From a virus, in IMG/VR virus record IMGVR_UViG_3300033148_006964, positions 116,927 to 180,926 of that record: a stretch of 64,000 nucleotides of DNA; one strand, 5' to 3'. The notes under the pieces were generated by a model that saw only the letters and a list, made by a program, of their open reading frames with translations, was not told the DNA's origin and did not search any database. The first letter of the stretch is position 1. Each line of letters starts with the position of its first letter. The position numbers and the translations under genes are program-made. This document shows, piece after piece, positions 61,073 through 64,000 of the stretch.

Positions 61073-61300
61073 ATCAATTTAATAATATGGAACTGAAACT
61101 GGCTGGGGTCGGGGGTCAGACAGGTGAAACCTGGCTGCCCCTTTATGGCACAAGTCTTTCTGTGCCATAAAATCAGCCAGTAATTGAATATTCATTTTGG
61201 TACCACCCTGGTAACAAAACAGAATGCATCAACTACTGTCACACATAAGCGAAACACTTACGACAAGAGATGATTGCTCTCTTCTTCCATATTTATTGAT
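61073..61300 (-). ncRNA. Retron msr-msd-like non-coding RNA
   Basis: Terminal inverted repeat ATATGGAA/TTCCATAT, three short 5' hairpins, and a long GC-rich branched 3' stem; directly downstream of RT-RNase H. Confidence 0.65.
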
Positions 61301-61301
61301 A

Positions 61302-61469
61302 TTATTCAGAAGAATCTTTATTAGATTCTTTTTTTTTTATTTTTTTCATCTTCTGAGAAAAATCAAAAGAGTGAGGTATCACCGCTTTAACAAGAGTGCC
61401 AATAGCGTTTACAACTTCTTCACACTCCTTAATAAATTTTTCTTTAATACTAAGAGGTTTTTCTGTCAT
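61302..61469 (-). CDS. 55-aa protein in the RT operon
   Basis: Not in the track: MTEKPLSIKEKFIKECEEVVNAIGTLVKAVIPHSFDFSQKMKKIKKKESNKDSSE; AGGAG RBS. Confidence 0.65.
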   Translation of the reverse strand: MTEKPLSIKEKFIKECEEVVNAIGTLVKAVIPHSFDFSQKMKKIKKKESNKDSSE

Positions 61470-61502
61470 TTTCTACTTCTCCTAAATGCTGTAAGGAAGA
61501 GA

Positions 61503-61991
61503 TTAGTGAAGTCTCTTCCTTTCAATATAAGATTGTGCCAGTGCGTCTGCTTTCTCATTCCATCTGTTTGACGCATGGCCTTTGACCCACTGAAAACAAA
61601 AAGATTTAAACTCTCGGGTCAGACTGTCAATCTGTTTCCATAATCTAATATTTAGCACTTTACTACCATTTGTTTTTCTCCATCCCATTGATTTCCATAA
61701 TGGGACATATTCAATAAAATTATCACATACATATTTCGAATCAGTTTTAATTATACAATTATGATTCTTTGAATTATCACAACTTTCTTCAAGGTATTTA
61801 ATTAACGCTTTTAAACTTTCTATAACGGCCATCATTTCCATTTGATTATTAGTTGTATTATCCTCTATTCCTTTTCCGCAAATAATACTGCTTTCTGAAG
61901 CATCAAGAATAATATAACCATAACCACCTTTGCAACCAGCATCTCGCCTATTACCAGAACAACTGCCATCTGTATAAATTATATAAGTCAT
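61503..61991 (-). CDS. rnhA: Ribonuclease HI
   Basis: IYTDGSC.GN...GGYG, TTNNQMEM.A, TDSKYV, W...GW...V.N..LW, WVKGH...NEKAD.LA; D-E-D-D catalytic set intact. Confidence 0.95.
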   Translation of the reverse strand: MTYIIYTDGSCSGNRRDAGCKGGYGYIILDASESSIICGKGIEDNTTNNQMEMMAVIESLKALIKYLEESCDNSKNHNCIIKTDSKYVCDNFIEYVPLWKSMGWRKTNGSKVLNIRLWKQIDSLTREFKSFCFQWVKGHASNRWNEKADALAQSYIERKRLH

Positions 61992-61999
61992 AGGTAATT

Positions 62000-63073
62000 T
62001 TACGTAGTAACTGACACTGGTCCAGAAAACTTACTCCGCTCAAAGTCTAGTAGTTGATTCATATATTTTTTACCTTTTTTATGATCAACAGACATTAAAA
62101 ACGAAGCCCATCCCTTTAACTTCCTAAGATCAAGCCTTGTAGTATCATTAGCATTTTTTACTGTAGCATGATGAACTTTAGCTCGAAATAATTTTACTTC
62201 AGATCTTTGTATTGATTTTTTTACATTAACGACTATTCCGCAAATTTTCATTCTTCCGGTTTTTGATTTCCATTTTGTTTTTTTATATTTTGGTTTGAAA
62301 TTATAAGCTCTTAATAGAGCATATGCTTTCTTTTGTATAGTATTTCGTAATTCGTCTTTATTATGAACTTTACTACTAAAAGATAGATCATCAGCATATC
62401 TGGTATATGTAACATTATGTTCTTTACAATACTCAGATATAGATTGATCAAAACCACGTAAAACAATATTAGCAATGACTGGAGAAGTAGGAAACCCTTG
62501 TGCTGTATAATTATCGTATGTGCAAAGACCTATTATTCTATTGAATAAAGATTGATATCCCATTTGTTCACAATATTCTGGAATATGCACAGCTTTAATT
62601 TCTTCACATTTGAATTCAAAGTCTGTAAATTTATTATGATATAATGAAGGATGGCATCTACCATTCAACATACGTTCATAGTTTTTACAGAGTCTGCAAA
62701 TATGTTTGTTTCCAAATATACAGTTTTTAAGGTGATCTACAGATATTGAATCAAAAAAATTCTCAATATCAATTTTACCTATACAATTAGTACCTACATG
62801 GGGTTCAGCATTAGTAACAATACTTTTTTTTGGAACAAATCCATGGGCTGCACTATTCGCTTTATATCTCTTGAAAAATTTCCAATATAAGCTTTTTTGT
62901 ATAAATTTAAATTCAGGACTTGGTGCTATAATATGCCTTTTAGAACCATCATGCTTAGGTATAACAATACGTTCAATATGATGTTCTTTGTTTGCTATTA
63001 TCTCATCAACTTCTTCTACAGGTTTGCCGAAAATTGTATGCAGATCAAAATTACTACGTTGTAGTGTCTTCAT
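62000..63073 (-). CDS. Retron-type reverse transcriptase
   Basis: IPK.DG.KR.I.AP, AHGFV...SIVTNAEPH (retron NAxxH), IDIENFFDSI, QGFPTSP.IAN, YTRYADDL.FS, KICG (VTG-like); ATG at 63073 overlaps the upstream stop. Confidence 0.9.
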   Translation of the reverse strand: MKTLQRSNFDLHTIFGKPVEEVDEIIANKEHHIERIVIPKHDGSKRHIIAPSPEFKFIQKSLYWKFFKRYKANSAAHGFVPKKSIVTNAEPHVGTNCIGKIDIENFFDSISVDHLKNCIFGNKHICRLCKNYERMLNGRCHPSLYHNKFTDFEFKCEEIKAVHIPEYCEQMGYQSLFNRIIGLCTYDNYTAQGFPTSPVIANIVLRGFDQSISEYCKEHNVTYTRYADDLSFSSKVHNKDELRNTIQKKAYALLRAYNFKPKYKKTKWKSKTGRMKICGIVVNVKKSIQRSEVKLFRAKVHHATVKNANDTTRLDLRKLKGWASFLMSVDHKKGKKYMNQLLDFERSKFSGPVSVTT

Positions 63074-64000
63074 CTTTCGGCACCTCATTTGCATCTTCAG
63101 ATTCTAAGGTGTCGTTAGTTACACTTGATCTTGCTTCTTCTATATTTTCTGATTCACCAGTTTTAACCATCTCCTGGGCTTCTTTTTCTACAGCATCTTC
63201 TTCTTTATCAACTCCATATTTTTCCATTTCTTCTTCCACTGGTTGATCCTCCAATTTTGGGTTAAGTTTAAGACTTAGATCATCAAGCAGCCTTTCAGCA
63301 TCTTTTGAGTTAAGGATGCCCCCACCAACATTATAATGCCCTCCAGCACTAATTAAATAATTTAATCCATTTAACATTTGGCCAATATGAATAGAAGCTT
63401 GATCATTATGCCATTTGTTAAATCCAATTTGCAAATAGAGTCTGTCTCCTCTAATATTAGTTAATCTGATAGAATATTTGATCTCAGGTTTAATCTTGTA
63501 TTCTACGTATCGAGGAAATTGATTAGGTCTTCTTTGGCGTATAACAGAGAAGTTGTTATACACTTCCATAAATTTACATATTTTTTTTGTTTGAATTTTT
63601 AATATTTCAACATCATATTTACTAATGCCAAGTCGTGCTATAGCTTCTTCACAATCAAACTTTGTTTGAGAAAGAATTTCTGCAATACGGCAATAGGTCA
63701 TATTTGAAGGAAAATTACATTCTAAATGAGCTCTAATAAGCATCAAAGGAGATGTATCAGAAAAAATTTGGTTTACATCTTCATATTCAGCTTGGTCAAT
63801 CATATGAACAGTATCCAAAAAACCATCGGGCAGATCTAATGGGTTATACTTATTAGCAAGCAATTCCGCTGCTGATCCAATAGATGAATCATAACATATA
63901 TTTTCATTAATAACAGGTGAGCCTCCAAAACTTTTATTCCAATGATGGTCACACCACAAATTAGCCTTTTGATGATATTCAAAATCAAGAACAATAAGAA
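63054..64000 (-). CDS. DHH-family phosphoesterase-like protein; starts beyond the right edge
   Basis: Frame open to the window edge: IVLDFEYH...LWCDHH, SAAELL, ID.AEY, SAGGHYNVGG; acidic tail. Confidence 0.65.
   Translation of the reverse strand, partial: LIVLDFEYHQKANLWCDHHWNKSFGGSPVINENICYDSSIGSAAELLANKYNPLDLPDGFLDTVHMIDQAEYEDVNQIFSDTSPLMLIRAHLECNFPSNMTYCRIAEILSQTKFDCEEAIARLGISKYDVEILKIQTKKICKFMEVYNNFSVIRQRRPNQFPRYVEYKIKPEIKYSIRLTNIRGDRLYLQIGFNKWHNDQASIHIGQMLNGLNYLISAGGHYNVGGGILNSKDAERLLDDLSLKLNPKLEDQPVEEEMEKYGVDKEEDAVEKEAQEMVKTGESENIEEARSSVTNDTLESEDANEVPKDEDTTT

Noticed and set aside
61224-61571. Plus-strand 115-aa ORF over the ncRNA and 55-aa gene
   Set aside because: Antisense to the operon, Phe/Leu-rich from complementary poly-A codons, no RBS.
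62000-63073. RT as part of a diversity-generating retroelement or group II intron
   Set aside because: It has QGFPTSP and NAxxH rather than the DGR GxxxSQ motif. No TR/VR pair, maturase/HNH domain or intron domain V is visible.
1-64000. Stop-codon recoding
   Set aside because: Long genes (RNAP, RtcB, TnpBs, 740-aa protein) are intact in the standard code and end at normal stops.

Overview
AT-rich segment of a large (jumbo-type) tailed bacteriophage genome, probably infecting a Gram-negative host. A FISUMP/Fibrobacter-domain gene and Kdo genes hint at Fibrobacterota or Bacteroidota, which is inference only. Layout: (i) 1-44.7 kb is a dense minus-strand accessory region of small genes: kdsA, kdsB, ACP, a Tad1-like anti-defence sponge, lytic transglycosylase, HAD phosphatase, RtcB, an ABC-type ATPase, tRNA-Gln, expanded Cys-rich paralog families and many GC-enriched structured intergenic elements. 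(ii) 44.7-60.8 kb is a plus-strand block with a single-chain 2114-aa beta-beta' RNA polymerase, followed by probable virion proteins sharing a ~22-aa 'LEQxYxxSFxDELxKI' leader. (iii) 61-64 kb is a minus-strand operon: DHH-family protein, retron-type reverse transcriptase, RNase HI, a 55-aa ORF, a ~230-nt RNA with msr/msd-like architecture and a terminator. Three IS200/IS605 TnpB elements are inserted. A 29-bp dyad promoter-like motif occurs nine times. The best candidate for a new system is the phage-encoded retron-like RT + RNase H + downstream ncRNA module. All calls come from reading the sequence; no database searches or folding computations were run.
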